Below, in pieces: positions 1 to 14,222 of a stretch of DNA of 64,000 bases; the stretch's first letter is position 1; every line of letters begins with the position of its first letter. A program made the translations under genes and the position numbers. The notes below the pieces were generated by a model that was not told the DNA's origin, did not search any database, and worked only from the letters and a program-made list of their open reading frames with translations. The DNA is taken from assembly GCA_951406725.2 (NCBI GenBank), contig OX597819.1, positions 16,430,001 through 16,494,000 of the forward strand, written 5' to 3'. The stretch comes from Octopus vulgaris (taxonomy: Eukaryota).

Positions 1-561
1 ATTCATATCCTCCAATCATTCTGTTGACAACTGTCGTACAACTTTTCCAAATATGTATCAATCACATCGAGAACCTGGCTCCTAATAAATAGACTTGGAG
101 TAACATCTGCCACATCCAGTTTCCTTTCTTATCAGCATCTCCAGAGGACATTAGATACATCCAACCATTGCACTGTATAACATAGATATACTTCAAGAGA
201 AGGTGATAAACACCTCCACAACAATTACAACACACAGACGACACAGTAAAAGAAAGTAAGCCGGTGTTGAAACATTATCTAGGCAATACAAATAAACAAC
301 AATATGTGTACAAACAATGCATTAGACTCATCATGAATTTTGACAGTTTTACCTAGGTTCCTAATCTAAAGAGAATATAAACCATTGTAGTGAGGGGCTG
401 ATTCTCAGTCGCTCTGGGCGATGAGTATTCAGTTGTTCGACCAACTGAATAGAAGTTAATGTTTATCCAGTGCAGTAAAGAATTTCCAAAGTGCATTATA
501 CCAGATAATATCCTTCTATTTTGTACTCTGTAAATACAAAAAGTATGCTTGGTATAAACAC

Positions 562-777
<216 letters not shown>

Positions 778-839
778 AGAAGGGGGTCTATAGATATGAA
801 TAACTTTAATCATAAGAATTGTGGCAAAAGAATATCTAA

Positions 840-1720
840 GTTTGGATCTAAAAATTATAAACATATTGATAAAGTTCATATTACGAAAAAGTCTATGTAA
901 ATAATAGAAAGACTAAATGAAGGAATATTATCTGATACAATACACCATTCACATCTTACATCACTACTAATATTCCTCGGAATTCTTTGCCGCACAAGAT
1001 AAATATTTCACGCCTTCAAGTAAGTATGGGAAATTATTTAATCGCCATAGAGTAAAATTTTCCTATTCAGCCAACTAAGAATTTGGCTGAAATTATTGCA
1101 GCACATAACAGACGTAAAATTAGACAATATCTCAACTCAAAATTAGTAAACACGAGTAGAGCCGAAAGGGACAATTATGAGATAAACTCTTTTCCTGAAC
1201 TAGTCGAAAGTAATTCCAATATAAAATTTATAGGACCTTCAAGATAATATCTAGTAATAACATTAATTATAATATTGCTTATAATTCCGGTTTAACACCT
1301 TATTCTGATCGCAGAATTAGTACTAGTTTCTTTGACCATGAGTGCTACATACGAGTGAATAAACAGCTTCTAAAAACAAAATTATATGCCCTTTAAAAAG
1401 TCAGTGTTTAAGGAAGAATATAATATATCAATGTAAAGTAATTGCAGGGGATCGTACATATTATTCTACAACAATTTGGAAATCGACATTACATAACCAT
1501 TTGCACTTAAGTTTAGAAGAAAATATATTTCTACGAATCTTAGTAAATGCATTTGGGAGTTGAAAACAGTAACATTGACTGAAATATAAAGTGATCCACT
1601 ATTAGTCATGCTCCGTTAGTCAATACTGGTAATTTTAAATGTGGTCTTCGCCTGGTGGAAAAGTTTTATATAATTACTTCAAAATTAAAATTATTAAATT
1701 GTAGATACAATCTTACGTTG
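840..1720 (+). pseudogene. Degenerate Penelope-like element 3' region (RT thumb/linker + GIY-YIG remnant)
   Basis: Fragments translate to KYGKLFNRHRVKFSYS, EIIAAHN, CPLKSQCLRKNIIYQCKV, NLSKCIWELK, typical of PLE C-termini; many stops/frameshifts. Confidence 0.7.
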
Positions 1721-2110
1721 AAATGTTCCCATCTATAAAAAATGGCATTTAAATATTTCAATTGTAAATAACGCTTCAATTGTAATTTCTTTTCACATAA
1801 TCTAATAAGCATAATTTTTCAAAATATTTTAGAGTATATAAATAGTTAGGTATAAATGGCGTAGAATGTCTATGTCTATTTTTTTATTCTTTCCTTATCA
1901 GCTGACGTCGTCATAAGTTTAAATACTAAACTGGCTTTTCTTAGAGTATTATATTTCTTCTGAACATTCTTTTTGTATACGCTCATGTATTATGGATATT
2001 ATTACGGTTCCCTTTGAATTTATTGGTATCTGATTATTTGATATAGTTAACCAAGTTCGCTTAACAATGTTTGCTTTCTAGATAACTGCATGGATTTATT
2101 ATTCCCTTTA

Positions 2111-2112
<2 letters not shown>

Positions 2113-2170
<58 letters not shown>

Positions 2171-2182
2171 GCACACACACAC
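2113..2182. repeat. (CA)n microsatellite
   Basis: Directly visible. Confidence 0.95.
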
Positions 2183-2694
2183 ATATTCATATACATACAC
2201 GCAACGTAGACATATGTTCATGGGGGTTAGAGCTTGCGTAACGCAGCATATCGCATGTAATACATATTACGCATTTCACATTTATTGCAGCGTTTGTAAA
2301 CTGCAGAACTGCATTAAGGAACACATTTACATATATATATATTTCTGTAAGAAAACATCTGGTAGGATGTCAAGAAACCAGGACATTGCGGTCACCATCA
2401 AAGCTGCAGGATGGAATACGGGAAAAGATTAAAGAAGTTGGCCTTACTTTTAAAAATTAATTGGTTCATGTAAACATTACCCATCTGCACTCGTTCCTAA
2501 CCCCAATCTCCATATGCTTGCTCTTATCAATTAACATCAGTCCTTATCTTCTCTTGATAAGGGATTTTAAAAAAAAATATGAATCATAGATATATAAGTA
2601 TAAGCCTTTGCTTTTGTTTTCGTTTGATTCCTTTATTTCCAATTTTTCTAGTGGTTTCCAACAACACTTTCGCATATGTGTGTGTTTGTGTGTG

Positions 2695-2754
<60 letters not shown>

Positions 2755-2849
2755 CACGAGTTCTTTCATGTTAAATAACACAGTATCTCGCTTTCTATAG
2801 TACAACATCCACTTAAAGTGGAAGATAAATATTTCCTTTTGGTACTAAT

Positions 2850-3068
2850 GCTGCTTCTATCGCTATTTGATCCTGTGAACGATGAAAAGCGGAATGGCTG
2901 TTGGGAGGCGGCTGCAGAGTTACCAGTGTGCCAAAGATTCCTCCTCATTTCAGTTACGAAGAAGCAAGATATCGTCATATGGTGTGCAAGAAAGAAAATA
3001 GTAAACCTGGTCGAGTTAACAGTTCCTCGTGAAGATAATATGGACGCCGTTCGAACATTACAAAGAGG
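2850..3068 (+). pseudogene. Fragment of restriction-like endonuclease of an RLE non-LTR retrotransposon (HERO-like)
   Basis: QDIVIWCARKKIVNLVELTVPREDNM resembles the RPDIVIW...ELTVPWE PD-(D/E)xK motif. Confidence 0.55.
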
Positions 3069-3169
3069 GTAGATACATATATATATATATATATCTACCC
3101 TCTTTGTAATGTTGGCAAATGGAATAAGTATAAAAACGAACATTGTCTATTTAATTAAAAAATTCTATA

Positions 3170-3256
3170 TGTGGCTGAAGAGTGCTCTACTTTTTAAAAC
3201 TGATATAATACTTAATTGTTTAACTAAATGAAATAGTATGAAACGATTGTACTACA
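3170..3256 (+). ncRNA. Type I hammerhead ribozyme motif with extended stem II (PLE pLTR-like fragment ~3085-3390)
   Basis: TGTGG-CTGAAGA-long stem II-GAAA-CGATTG-TA-CTACA; related copy at 63217-63304. Confidence 0.65.
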
Positions 3257-3414
3257 CTACCTTGGATATCCTTGTTGCTTATTTTGATTATAATCACCCC
3301 ATTTGATTTGTATGGATAATACCACACCAAATTCTGGTGCCTTAAACTTAAGTACCATATTCATCTGAATCTAAATTTTGCTGAACATATATGTATATAT
3401 ATATGTATGTGTGC

Positions 3415-3512
<98 letters not shown>

Positions 3513-3521
3513 CTATGAACG

Positions 3522-3596
3522 GATGCACTGAAGAAGCACGGACATTTGGATTGCATAAGTAATTCTCTTGTTAAGGCTGAAACCGAGGTATGCATT
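3522..3596 (+). ncRNA. Hammerhead ribozyme (type I)
   Basis: GATGCA-CTGAAGA-AGC...GCT-GAAA-CCGAGG-TA-TGCATT. Confidence 0.75.
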
Positions 3597-3857
3597 TAAT
3601 TCTGTTTTTTATATAAATTTTCATCTGTCATGCCCGCCAAAATTGGTTCTGGTGTTCGCTGTATTTTTCCTCTAGAGAATTTCCTTGTAGTTTGACCGTT
3701 GATGGTCTATTTCTAGCATATGGCCGACTCCCTAGCAGTAAGCCCTGCCAATATACACATATATTAGAATTTTCTCTGACTCCTCAGATTTTTGTATGCT
3801 GGACTACTGGTTTTAAATTGATATTAAAATTAATATTAATTTATCTCCCTCATTATT

Positions 3858-3901
<44 letters not shown>

Positions 3902-4163
3902 AAAATTGAGGGAGATAAATTAATATTAATTTTAATATCAATTTAAAACCAGTAGTCCAGCATACAAAAATCTGAGGAGTCAGAGAAAATTCAAATATAT
4001 GTGTATATTGGCAGGGCTGGCCTGCTAGGTAGCCGGCCAGAATGCTAGAAAAGATCATCAACGATCAAACTACAAGGGAAATTCTCTAGAGGAAGAATTC
4101 AGCGAACACCAGAACCAAATTTGGCGGGCAGGACATATGAAAAATTAAATAAAAAACAGACTT

Positions 4164-4241
4164 AAATGCATACCTCGGTTTCGGTCTTAACAAAAGAATT
4201 ACTTGCATAATTCAAGTGTCCGTGACTTCTTCAGTACATTC
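4164..4241 (-). ncRNA. Hammerhead ribozyme (type I)
   Basis: Reverse complement reads GAATGTA-CTGAAGA-AGTC...GACC-GAAA-CCGAGG-TA-TGCATTT. Confidence 0.75.
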
Positions 4242-4524
4242 GGTCCTCGAGATGCAAACTGAAAGACTAACCCCAGCTCTCTGTGTCAAGACAGACACAT
4301 GCTTAGTCTTACTGATTACATCGGGAATAAAATTTCAAATGTCTTGGCTCTGGCGCGCTAAGAGACTCCTGAAGCGAAGGGATGCAGTGAATAATTCACT
4401 GCGGGTAATGCTTACAACTAGGGAACGTATTTATTTAAATATTTAAAAATTGAGGGAGATAAATTAATATTAATTTTAATATCAGAGAGCTGGGGTTAGT
4501 CTTTCAGTTTGCATCTCGAGGACC

Positions 4525-4602
4525 GAATGTACTGATGAAGTCACGGACACTTGAACTATGCAAGTAATTCTTTTGTTAAGACCGAAACCGAGGTATGCAT
4601 TT
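4525..4602 (+). ncRNA. Hammerhead ribozyme (type I)
   Basis: GAATGTA-CTGATGA-AGTC...GACC-GAAA-CCGAGG-TA-TGCATTT; predicted GUA cleavage after 4595. Confidence 0.8.
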
Positions 4603-5070
4603 AAGTCTGTTTTTTATTTAATTTTTCATATGTCCTGCCCGCCAAATTTGGTTCTGGTGTTCGCTGAATTCTTCCTCTAGAGAATTTCCCTTGTAGTTTG
4701 ATCGTTGATGATATTTTTCTAGCATTCTGGCCGGCTACCTAGCAGGCCAGCCCTGCCAATATACACATATATTTGAATTTTCTCTGACTCCTCAGATTTT
4801 TTGAATGCTGGACTACTGGTTTTAAATTGATATTAAAATTAATATTAATTTATCTCCCTCAATTTTTAAATATTTAAATAAATACGTTCCCTAGTTGTAA
4901 GCATTACCCGCAGTGAATTATTCACTGCAGCCCTTCGCTTCAGGAGTCTCTTAGCGCGCCAGAGCCAAGACATTTGAAATTTTATTCCCGATGTAATCAG
5001 TAAGACTAAGCACGTGTCTGTCTTGACACAGAGAGCTGGGGTTAGTCTTGCGGTTTGCATCTCGAGGACC

Positions 5071-5148
5071 GAATGTACTGAAGAAGTCACGGACACTTGA
5101 ATTATGCAAGTAATTCTTTTGTTAAGACCGAAACCGAGGTATGCATTT
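5071..5148 (+). ncRNA. Hammerhead ribozyme (type I)
   Basis: Same motif with CTGAAGA core; predicted cleavage after 5141, 546 nt from the previous site. Confidence 0.8.
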
Positions 5149-5301
5149 AAGTCTGTTTTTTATTTAATTTTTCATATGTCCTGCCCGCCAAATTTGGTTC
5201 TGGTGTTCGCTGAATTCTTCCTCTAGAGAATTTCCCTTGTAGTTTGATCGTTGATGATCTTTTTCTAGCATTCTGGCCGGCTACCTAGCAGGCCAGCCCT
5301 G

Positions 5302-5377
<76 letters not shown>

Positions 5378-5580
5378 TATATATTTATATATATATGTAT
5401 ATATATATACATATCGTGGCACTCCGTCAGTTACGACGACGTGGGCTCCAGTTGATCCGATCAACGGAACAGCTTGCTCGTGAAATTAACGTGCAAGTGG
5501 CTCAGCACTCCACAGACACGTGAACCCTTAACTTAGTTCTCGGCGAGATTCAGCGTGACACAGAGTGTGACAAGGCTTCT

Positions 5581-7282
5581 TTGAATCCTCAACATATCCT
5601 TTGCGACATAACCTTCGATGCCACTGATATCCTAGCAGCAATAAAAGAAATCAAACCTGATTCAGCGGTGGGTCCGGACAGGTTCCCTGCTAGAGTACTG
5701 AAGGCAGCAACTTGCAGCTCCTCTTGCAAATCTCTGGAGGAAATCACTGGATGCCGGTTTTATTCCTCGAAACCTTCTCTCCCAGTCAGTCGTTCCTATC
5801 TTTAAAAAAGTGAATAAATTGCTCCCAGTAAACTACCGTCCAGTCTCACTCACCTCACATATCATCAAAACATTTGAGAGAGTGTTGAGATCAAGAATAA
5901 CAGCCTCCCTAGAGCAAAATAATCTTCTAAATTGCAACCAGCATGGCTTTCGTGGTGGGAGGGACTGTCTAACACAGCTCCTCCACCATTTTGATGACAT
6001 CTTAAATGCACTAAGTGAGGGCTCCAACACCGATGTCATGCCTTGATTTCAGCAAGGCCTTTTACAGAGTCGACCATAATACACTGCTAAGGAAACTATC
6101 CAACGCTGGAGTCGGTGGAACGCTACTTCAATGGATTAGGTATTTCCTAACAAACAGGAACCAGCATGTTGTGATTGATAGCATCCACTCAAGACCGGAA
6201 AACGTCATCAGCGGAGTCCCGCAGGGTACTGTGCTGGATCCTCTTCTTTTTTTTTTGTCTGTATCAATGAAATTTTACATATTTTACATTCCATTGAATA
6301 TAGCACCATTAAAATATATGCAGATGACTCTAAGCTCCAGAAAGTCATTATGATCGAATGATACTTCAATCAGACCTATTTACAGTAACTCAGTGGGCAC
6401 AAAAAAACAACAAAATGCAGTTGAACGAAGCAAAATTTGAGCTCATCCACTTTGGAAAAGAGAGCACACTCAAACAACCATATACACTAACGTCGGGAGA
6501 CCTACTTGAACCATCAGACAATATCAGAGACTTAGGTGTAACTGTCGACGGCAACCTTAGCTGGAGTGTGCAACATCAACAAAAAAGTCGATGTTGCCCG
6601 CAGAATGTGCTCATGGATCCTCAGAACTTTTTTAATCTAGGGATCATGAAACCATCATCCTTCTCTTCTCCACATTCGCTCGGCCCCACCTCGAATACTG
6701 CTGTCCACTGTAGTCCCTCTACAAAAAAACAAGACATAATGAGGATCGAAGCGCTACAAAGATCAATCACTAAAAAGATAAATAGCATAACAGGACTTGA
6801 TTATTGGGCTCGATTTAAACAGCTGAAGCTCTGTTCTCTGCAACGCCGCCGTGAGCGATTCATTATTTGCACCATGTGGAAAATATTCCACCAATATTAT
6901 CTAGATGATATCGGTATTATGTTTACAATTCACCCAAGACAAGGCCCCCGTGCAATGTGTCCCCTACAAAGGTCGAGATCACATCACATAAGAACATTGT
7001 GACACAATTTCTTCACTGCAAATGGTCCTGCTCTTTTCAATGTTATCCCGAAAGCAATTAAAGTAAAAAAAAGACATCACAACTTTCAAACGATATCTGG
7101 ATAAATTCCTCTAGGAAATACCGAATAAACTACCTATACCTGGATACGTCTTAACCAACAACAACTCTCTGCTTGAGTGGTCCATGGTGTCCCGAAATAA
7201 TTAACTAAAAGACTTTTCCATGTGGTGCTTTTGAGTTAGTCATGACCTGGGCCGAAACCAATCTAAGTTATCTAAGTTATAT
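5581..7282 (+). mobile_element. 5'-truncated, decayed CR1/L2-group LINE (reverse transcriptase)
   Basis: NYRPVSLTSHIIKTFERV, QHGFR, DFSKAF, SGVPQGTVL, YADD, RDLGV motifs across frameshifted ORFs; ends in (ATCTAAGTT)2 tail. Confidence 0.88.
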
Positions 7283-7343
7283 ATGGACTGGTGACGATTT
7301 TTTTCCTTCTTCTTCCTTTTCTTTTGGTCTTTCCTGTGTCTCC

Positions 7344-7380
7344 TGTTTCCGAAGAAGCGTTTTGCTCGAAACGTAAAACA
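7344..7380 (+). ncRNA. Minimal hammerhead motif (U4C core variant)
   Basis: TGTTT-CCGAAGA-AGCGTTTTGCTC-GAAA-CG-TA-AAACA; palindromic stem III ACGT. Confidence 0.6.
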
Positions 7381-7523
7381 ACCACTCTTTCTTTCCTTCT
7401 CTGAGCACCTTATTAATACTTTACATGTACCACGTCCACGCGTTGTTGTTTATTCATGTTGTCCTTTTCCTCCGTCTTTTATTATTAATGATATATGCTA
7501 AACATCGCTAAGATAAATATTTC

Positions 7524-7597
7524 AATTACCTGAAGATTGACTGTAACCATAACTCGAATTATTAAGAATTGGACAGCCATGAAACGATCGTAGTGTT
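7524..7597 (+). ncRNA. Hammerhead motif in AT-rich PLE pLTR-like fragment (~7500-7735)
   Basis: CTGAAGA-TTGACTGT...ACAGCCAT-GAAA-CGATCG-TA-GTGTT; same family as 40455-40557. Confidence 0.65.
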
Positions 7598-7730
7598 TTA
7601 CTCATTATCTTTTATTAAACTTTTAATACTTTTGATATATATTTAAAATAATATAAATTAATTAATTTTATGTATTGGCTTAACTTTTTCATTGTTTGAT
7701 TTGCCTAATAGTGGTTTTATCTCTAATTTA

Positions 7731-7762
<32 letters not shown>

Positions 7763-8228
7763 GTAAACCAAACCATTTTTTTCACCATCTTAATTTCTCC
7801 CTTGTTTTTTTCCCTCTTAACTCAGTATGACTGAAACTTTGATGATATTCATTTCTTGTCGATCACTATTAACACTGATGAGCTTTGTACATTCAAACAA
7901 ATTGATGCACAGTTTTAATAATATTGACTGTTATGAACATTTAAACTTTCAGCATCGAAATTTTCAAACATGTTTTTTCTAATTCATAATACTAAATTTG
8001 TCAGTTATGAACATTTAAACTTGTCAACATTGAAACTTTTAAAGATATTTTTCTCATTCATAATTCTAAACTTTTACCATTGATAAACAAAAGATTTTGT
8101 TGAAATTAGGTTGGTATATACGTAAATAAATCTATTTTAAACAATTACAAGGTTTTCAAATTTATGTGCATTTTCAACAACAAATTTGCCTACATTTTTT
8201 CCTGTGTGGAAATATACCCACTCTTTTG

Positions 8229-8261
<33 letters not shown>

Positions 8262-8262
<1 letters not shown>

Positions 8263-8540
8263 GCGACTGAAGAAGGGGAAATTTCCTTGTATTGTATGTC
8301 CTGTACTCTATTTTTTCGTTGTTTAAGAAAAATGTCCATTTCCTTGGTTTTGTGTTTATTTTTTTCGTTTCTCATTGTGTTCGACGTTTTTTTTTTGTGT
8401 CCTGTACCCATATATGCATGTATATATACATGTAGAGGTAGGTACGTACATATATGCATGTATATATACATGTAGAGGTAGGTACGTACATATATGCATG
8501 TATATATGCATATGTTTTATTTTATTTATTAATTTATTAT
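8262..8540 (+). repeat. Unclassified interspersed repeat, second copy at ~37783-38010
   Basis: Near-identical GGCGACTGAAGAAGGGGAA...GTAGAGGTAGGTACGTAC sequence at both loci. Confidence 0.75.
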
Positions 8541-9334
8541 ATATGTATGTATGTATATATATATATGTGTGTGTGTGTGTGTGCATGTATGTATATATAT
8601 ATCTATCTTTGTGTATGTGGTTGTATGGGTATATAGATGTCTGTGTGCGTGTGTGTATGTGTGTGCGTGTGTGTGTATGTGCGTGTGTGCATGTATGTAA
8701 GATCTTGCACTGCTGCTTGGAATACACACCATGGTTCTCTCCCGTTGGATGATGATCTAATTAGGGAACTACATAAAGTAAAATGGAAGGAACGTCTATA
8801 TGGTCTCTCAATGCGCTAGAAATACCACCCAAGTCTCACTCAATTCCCTTTCCTATTACAGTAAAAGATGCCACTGAACAGTGTCGTTCTAGATATAGAA
8901 AAGAATCGGTTGATCATCATAGGTTTGCACAATCGAGGCAGGTTTGTAAGCTAAGCAAGAAGAATGGCGACATGTAATGTGTCTGAGACTTTAGCTCTTT
9001 TGGCAGTGACGATGCCGTAGCGTTGCTAGTTGGAGGGGGGGCGATGCATTGGGTTTGCTGCATAAGGCTTTTGAGGCTCGGTGGGGGGTCTGTGGTGGTG
9101 AAGGGTGGAAAACTCAAATGCTGCTCCAGGCGGCACAAGCATCCTTGATACATCACTGTAGGGATGGGGTCATATACTACTGGCGTAAAGTCTGTGGGGT
9201 TAGGGTTGATTCGGGGGGGGGGGGGGGGCAATAGCGACAACAACATCTACAACTTCATGCGCATATACCACAACAGTATTTGTCCCTGAATTGCTACCAC
9301 GACAATAAAATACCACTAACACCACAATTACAGC

Positions 9335-9380
9335 AACAGCAAAATACTACTACCACTACACTAACATCCACACCAGCACC

Positions 9381-9478
<98 letters not shown>

Positions 9479-9612
9479 ATCAATACCCTCACCATCACTA
9501 TTACCACAAAAGCAATATACTGCCTCGCCCCACCACCACCACCACCACCACCACCATACTCTAGGTATCCGATGACGTCACTGAAAGTTGAATGTTAAAA
9601 ATGTCTAAATCT
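9335..9612 (+). repeat. Local duplicated segment with (CTA)n/(CCA)n; second copy split at ~12050-12269 and 14287-14380
   Basis: Shared unique flanks of the microsatellites at both loci. Confidence 0.85.
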
Positions 9613-9774
9613 TACTGGACAAATATCATACATACTCCCAAACTCTTTCTCTCTCTCTCACTCACTCACTCTTGTGCGCATACACAAACATTTTCATACA
9701 CAGACACACACACACATACATACATTCACACGCGGGCACATTCATACAGGCAGAGATACACACATACCAACATT

Positions 9775-10350
<576 letters not shown>

Positions 10351-11222
10351 TAACGCATATACACGAACAGACACATTTACACACACAATACACAGGAAAA
10401 AATAATCAAGAAATTCTAAGATAAAAATAGAGGAAATTGTACACAGGTGTGTGAGAAGGTGGGAGGGAAGGGGAGAGTGACAAAGAACGTGTGAGAGAGG
10501 GGGGCGTGGAGGAATGAGAAGAGAGGTGTGACATGAAACAGAATACATAGAAGGAGGAGGGAGAGTGTGGTGGGGAAGAGGGGGGAGATTGATGTAACAG
10601 AGTAGAGAGAGGAGGGGAAGGAAGTGTCGTGGTAAAAGGTGAAAGAGAGGGGGGTGTTAGATGATATAAGAGAGGAGAAGAGAGAATGACAGAGAGGGTG
10701 GGGCAAAGAGAGGGGGGGCAAGTGGGTGATAGAGTTGAGAGAGTGGGAGGGAGAGTTTAAAGGAAAGAGAAGAGGAGTTAGAGCTGATATAGTGAAAGAG
10801 AGACGGGCGGCAGAGGAGGAGGAGGAGGAGGAGGAAGAGGAGGTAAAGAGGACGATGATAGAGAGATGGTGGGGAAAGGGAGAGAGGGTGGTGAGGAAGT
10901 GAAAACAGGTGCGTGTGTGTGTGTGTGTGTGTGTGTGCGTGCGTGTGTGTGTGTGCGCGCGTGTGTGTGACATTGTAGTGTATATTTTGGGAGTGAATAG
11001 CACAGCTGGTGAGATATTGTGTAGTGTGTGATAGAGAAAACTGTAGTGGCGGTAGTGGTGGTGGTGGTGGTGGTAGTTTTGATGGTGGTGGTGGTGGTGG
11101 TGGAGTTGGTGGGTTTTTAACCGCAGGTTCAACCCTGATTGAGTGGCCCTATGGGGTCAAATGTATTCGAACAATAATCATCGCGTCTTTATTTTCAATG
11201 TGTACGTGCGAGCGTATGTGTT

Positions 11223-11293
<71 letters not shown>

Positions 11294-11364
11294 TCTTTTA
11301 GTAGTTCCAGCCCGAAGGTTACAGCCACAGTGAAGCACCACTCGTGCAATGGAAACTATTTCAA

Positions 11365-11531
11365 CGTAGGAGTGGCTGTGTGGTAAGTAGCTTGCTTACC
11401 AACCAAACCAAAATGGTTCCGGGTTCAGTCTCACTGCGTAGCACCTTGGGCAAGTGACTTCTACTATAGCCTCGGGACGACCAAAGCCTTGTGAGTGGAT
11501 TTGGTAGACGGAAACTGAAAGAAGCTCGTCG

Positions 11532-11606
<75 letters not shown>

Positions 11607-11812
11607 GTGTCTGTGTTTGTCCCCCCAACATCTCTTGACAACGATGCTGGTGTGTTTACGTCCCCGTAACCTAGCGGTTCGGCATAAGTGACCGATCGAA
11701 TAAGTACTAGGCTTACAAAGAATAAGTTCTGGTGTCGATTTGCTCGACTAAAGGCGGTGCTCCAGTATGGCCAAAGTCAAATGACTGAAACAAGTAAAAG
11801 AATAAAAAAAAA
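11365..11812 (+). mobile_element. tRNA-derived SINE family A (internal CA/TA microsatellite)
   Basis: Head GGAGTGGCTGTGTGGTAAG (A-box-like), GGTTCAGTC (B-box-like), tail AAAAGAGT repeats; about 10 copies in window. Confidence 0.88.
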
Positions 11813-11814
11813 GT

Positions 11815-12040
11815 CCCTAGCATTTGGTGAATGATGGAGGAGTTTGATGCAGCAGGCCTTAGTTACGTTCATTGCCGCCATGTTGGTTCGTCTGCAATCA
11901 CAGATTGTCGAATATCCAGCTGCTTCTTGAAGACATTTCCATCCACTCAATATGGATTTCTCAGTTTCTTTTGCAAGATGTCGGTAAGCTGTTGGCTTTT
12001 GGATCCTAGCCGCTTGTGGTATATGGTTCTGATTTTCGAC
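11815..12040 (-). mobile_element. 3' fragment of CR1-like LINE
   Basis: Translates to ...LRN..VDGNVFKKQLD...IADEP...AASNS..., like the C-terminus of the LINE at 5581-7282. Confidence 0.5.
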
Positions 12041-12104
12041 GGAGAGATACAACAGCAAAAGACTACTACCACTACACTAACATCCACACCAGCACCACCA
12101 ACAA

Positions 12105-12269
<165 letters not shown>

Positions 12270-12586
12270 GACATTGTTTTCGTCAGAAAAGTAGGTATAA
12301 GTTTTTATCAAGGTTGTTTTATATTTTATAATGTTCACAGACAATAAATACAATATTATTTGTTATTGTCTGAGATTTTGGTGTAATTTGAGAGGATAAT
12401 ACAAAAGTTATGGATGATTTAGTGATTTACTGCAAAACCCATGGCGATCAAAATGATCAGAATTGTTGCTTTTACTCCGTGTTTTAGTATACTTAACCGG
12501 CGAACTCTAATGTTTTGAATTTGTTTACGTGACGGTTCGTTTACTAAACATTAGTAAGAATATCTGCAGTGTACTTTGTTAATATA

Positions 12587-13603
12587 ATGCCACTTACTCC
12601 ATTACCAATTCGTCAGCAGATTATTAAGCTTCGAAAGAAGGATAATTTAAGTATTGAGTCTATTGCAAAGATTGTTAACAAGTCAAAAAGTGTTGTTCAC
12701 GGTATTCTTAAGGTCTACGATGATTGTAGTTCGTGTGAAGCAAGAAAGTCTACAGGTAGGCCTAGAAAAACGACCAAGAGAGAAGATCGTGCTATGGTAA
12801 AGTTGGTTAAAAAGGACAGATTTAAAACTGCTGCTGTTGTTTCTCGGGAAAAGAGCATTGTACTGAAGAAAACTTTATCTCGAAAAACTGTGTCTCGTCG
12901 TTTAGTTGAACATGACCTACAAGCAAGAGCACCTGCAGTGAAGCCACTGATCAGCTCCAAGAATAAAAAGTGTCGTCTTATCTTTGCAACCGAACATGTG
13001 TTGTGGTCTCAAGAAAAATGGCAAACGGTGCATTTCAGTGATGAATCTAAGTTTATGTTATTTGGCTCAGATGGGAAAAGGTACGTTCGTCGAAAAGTAG
13101 GTGAAAAATTGTCGCCTAAATGCCTTAAGACTAGTGTTAAATTCGGTGGAGGAAGTGTCATGGTTTAGGGGATGATATCTGGAGATGGTGAGGGCCCTTT
13201 GGTGCGATAACATGGAAAGGTAAATGCAGGAGTTTATAAGCAACTTGTAAAAGATCATGTCTTGCCTGTGCTGAGAAATTCAACTAAGCGACCACCCATA
13301 TTCATGCAGGACAATGCCCCATGTCACAAGGCTAAGGTGGTCATGAACTTCCTCAAGGCTGAAAAGGTTATTGTTATGGATTGGCCTGCTCAAAGCCCAG
13401 ATCTCAATCCTATTGAAAATGTGTGGATTATTCTAGGAGAACGTTCGAAAGCCAGAAATCCTAAAACAAACGAGCAATTATGGAATGCCCTTCAGGAAGA
13501 ATGGAATAAGATCACCCAGTAAGAAATTGAAAATTTAATTTCCTCATGCAGTCGAAGATGTCAAAGTGTGATTGAAGCTTAAGGGCTTCACACTAGATAT
13601 TAA
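12587..13603 (+). pseudogene. Tc1 transposase pseudogene
   Basis: HTH + DDE domains interrupted by in-frame stops (e.g. 13166, 13520). Confidence 0.9.
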
Positions 13604-13819
13604 ATAATTCCAGTATTCTCTGTCATTTTTTATTATTTTGTTATTTTTTCACCATTCTGATCATTTTGGCCGCCATGGGTTTTGCAGTAAATCACTATAT
13701 CATCCATAACTTTTGTATTAAGCTCTCAAAATACACCAAAATCTCAGACAATAACAAATAATATCGTATTTATTGTCTGTGAAAATTATAAAATATAAAA
13801 CAACTTTGATAAAAACTTA

Positions 13820-14222
13820 TACTCTTTCTTTTACTCTTTTACTTGTTTCAGTCATTTGACTGCGGCCTTGCTGGAGCACCGCCTTTTTAGTCGAGAAAAT
13901 CGACCCCAGGACTTATTCTTTGTAAGCCTAGTACTTATTCAATCGGTCTCTTTTGCCGAACCGCTAAGTAACGGGGACGTAAACATACCAGCATCGGTTG
14001 TCAAGCGATGTTGGGGGGAGGGGGACACAAACACAAAAACCCATATATATACATATATATATACGACAGGCTTCTTTCAGTTTCCGTCTACCAAATCCAC
14101 TCACAAGGCTTTGGTCGCCCCGAGGCTATAGTGCAAAATACTTTCCGAAGGTGCCACGCAGTGAGACTGAACCCGGAACCGTGTGGCAAGCTACTTACCA
14201 CACAGCCACTCCTGCGCCTATA
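13820..14222 (-). mobile_element. SINE family A inserted in Tc1 right TIR
   Basis: Reverse complement of family A; TIR resumes at ~14240. Confidence 0.88.

Larger units (their letters stand above)
3512..5307. mobile_element. Array of a non-coding 546-nt hammerhead-containing repeat (retrozyme-like), mixed orientations
   Basis: Diverged + copy 3512-3860, minus copy 3898-4483 (more than 1 monomer), + copy 4483-5307 (~1.5 monomers); one HHR per unit; flanked by (TA)n. Confidence 0.8.

Noticed and set aside
1895-1935. Possible HHR downstream of the first PLE remnant (CAGCTGACGTCGTC...)
   Set aside because: Core and GAAA not recoverable
8262-8292. CTGAAGA followed by a hairpin (also ~37788)
   Set aside because: No GAAA, stem III or stem I; not a hammerhead as seen
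8740-9230. Coding-looking patch, possibly an old RLE retrotransposon end
   Set aside because: No motif I can name with confidence
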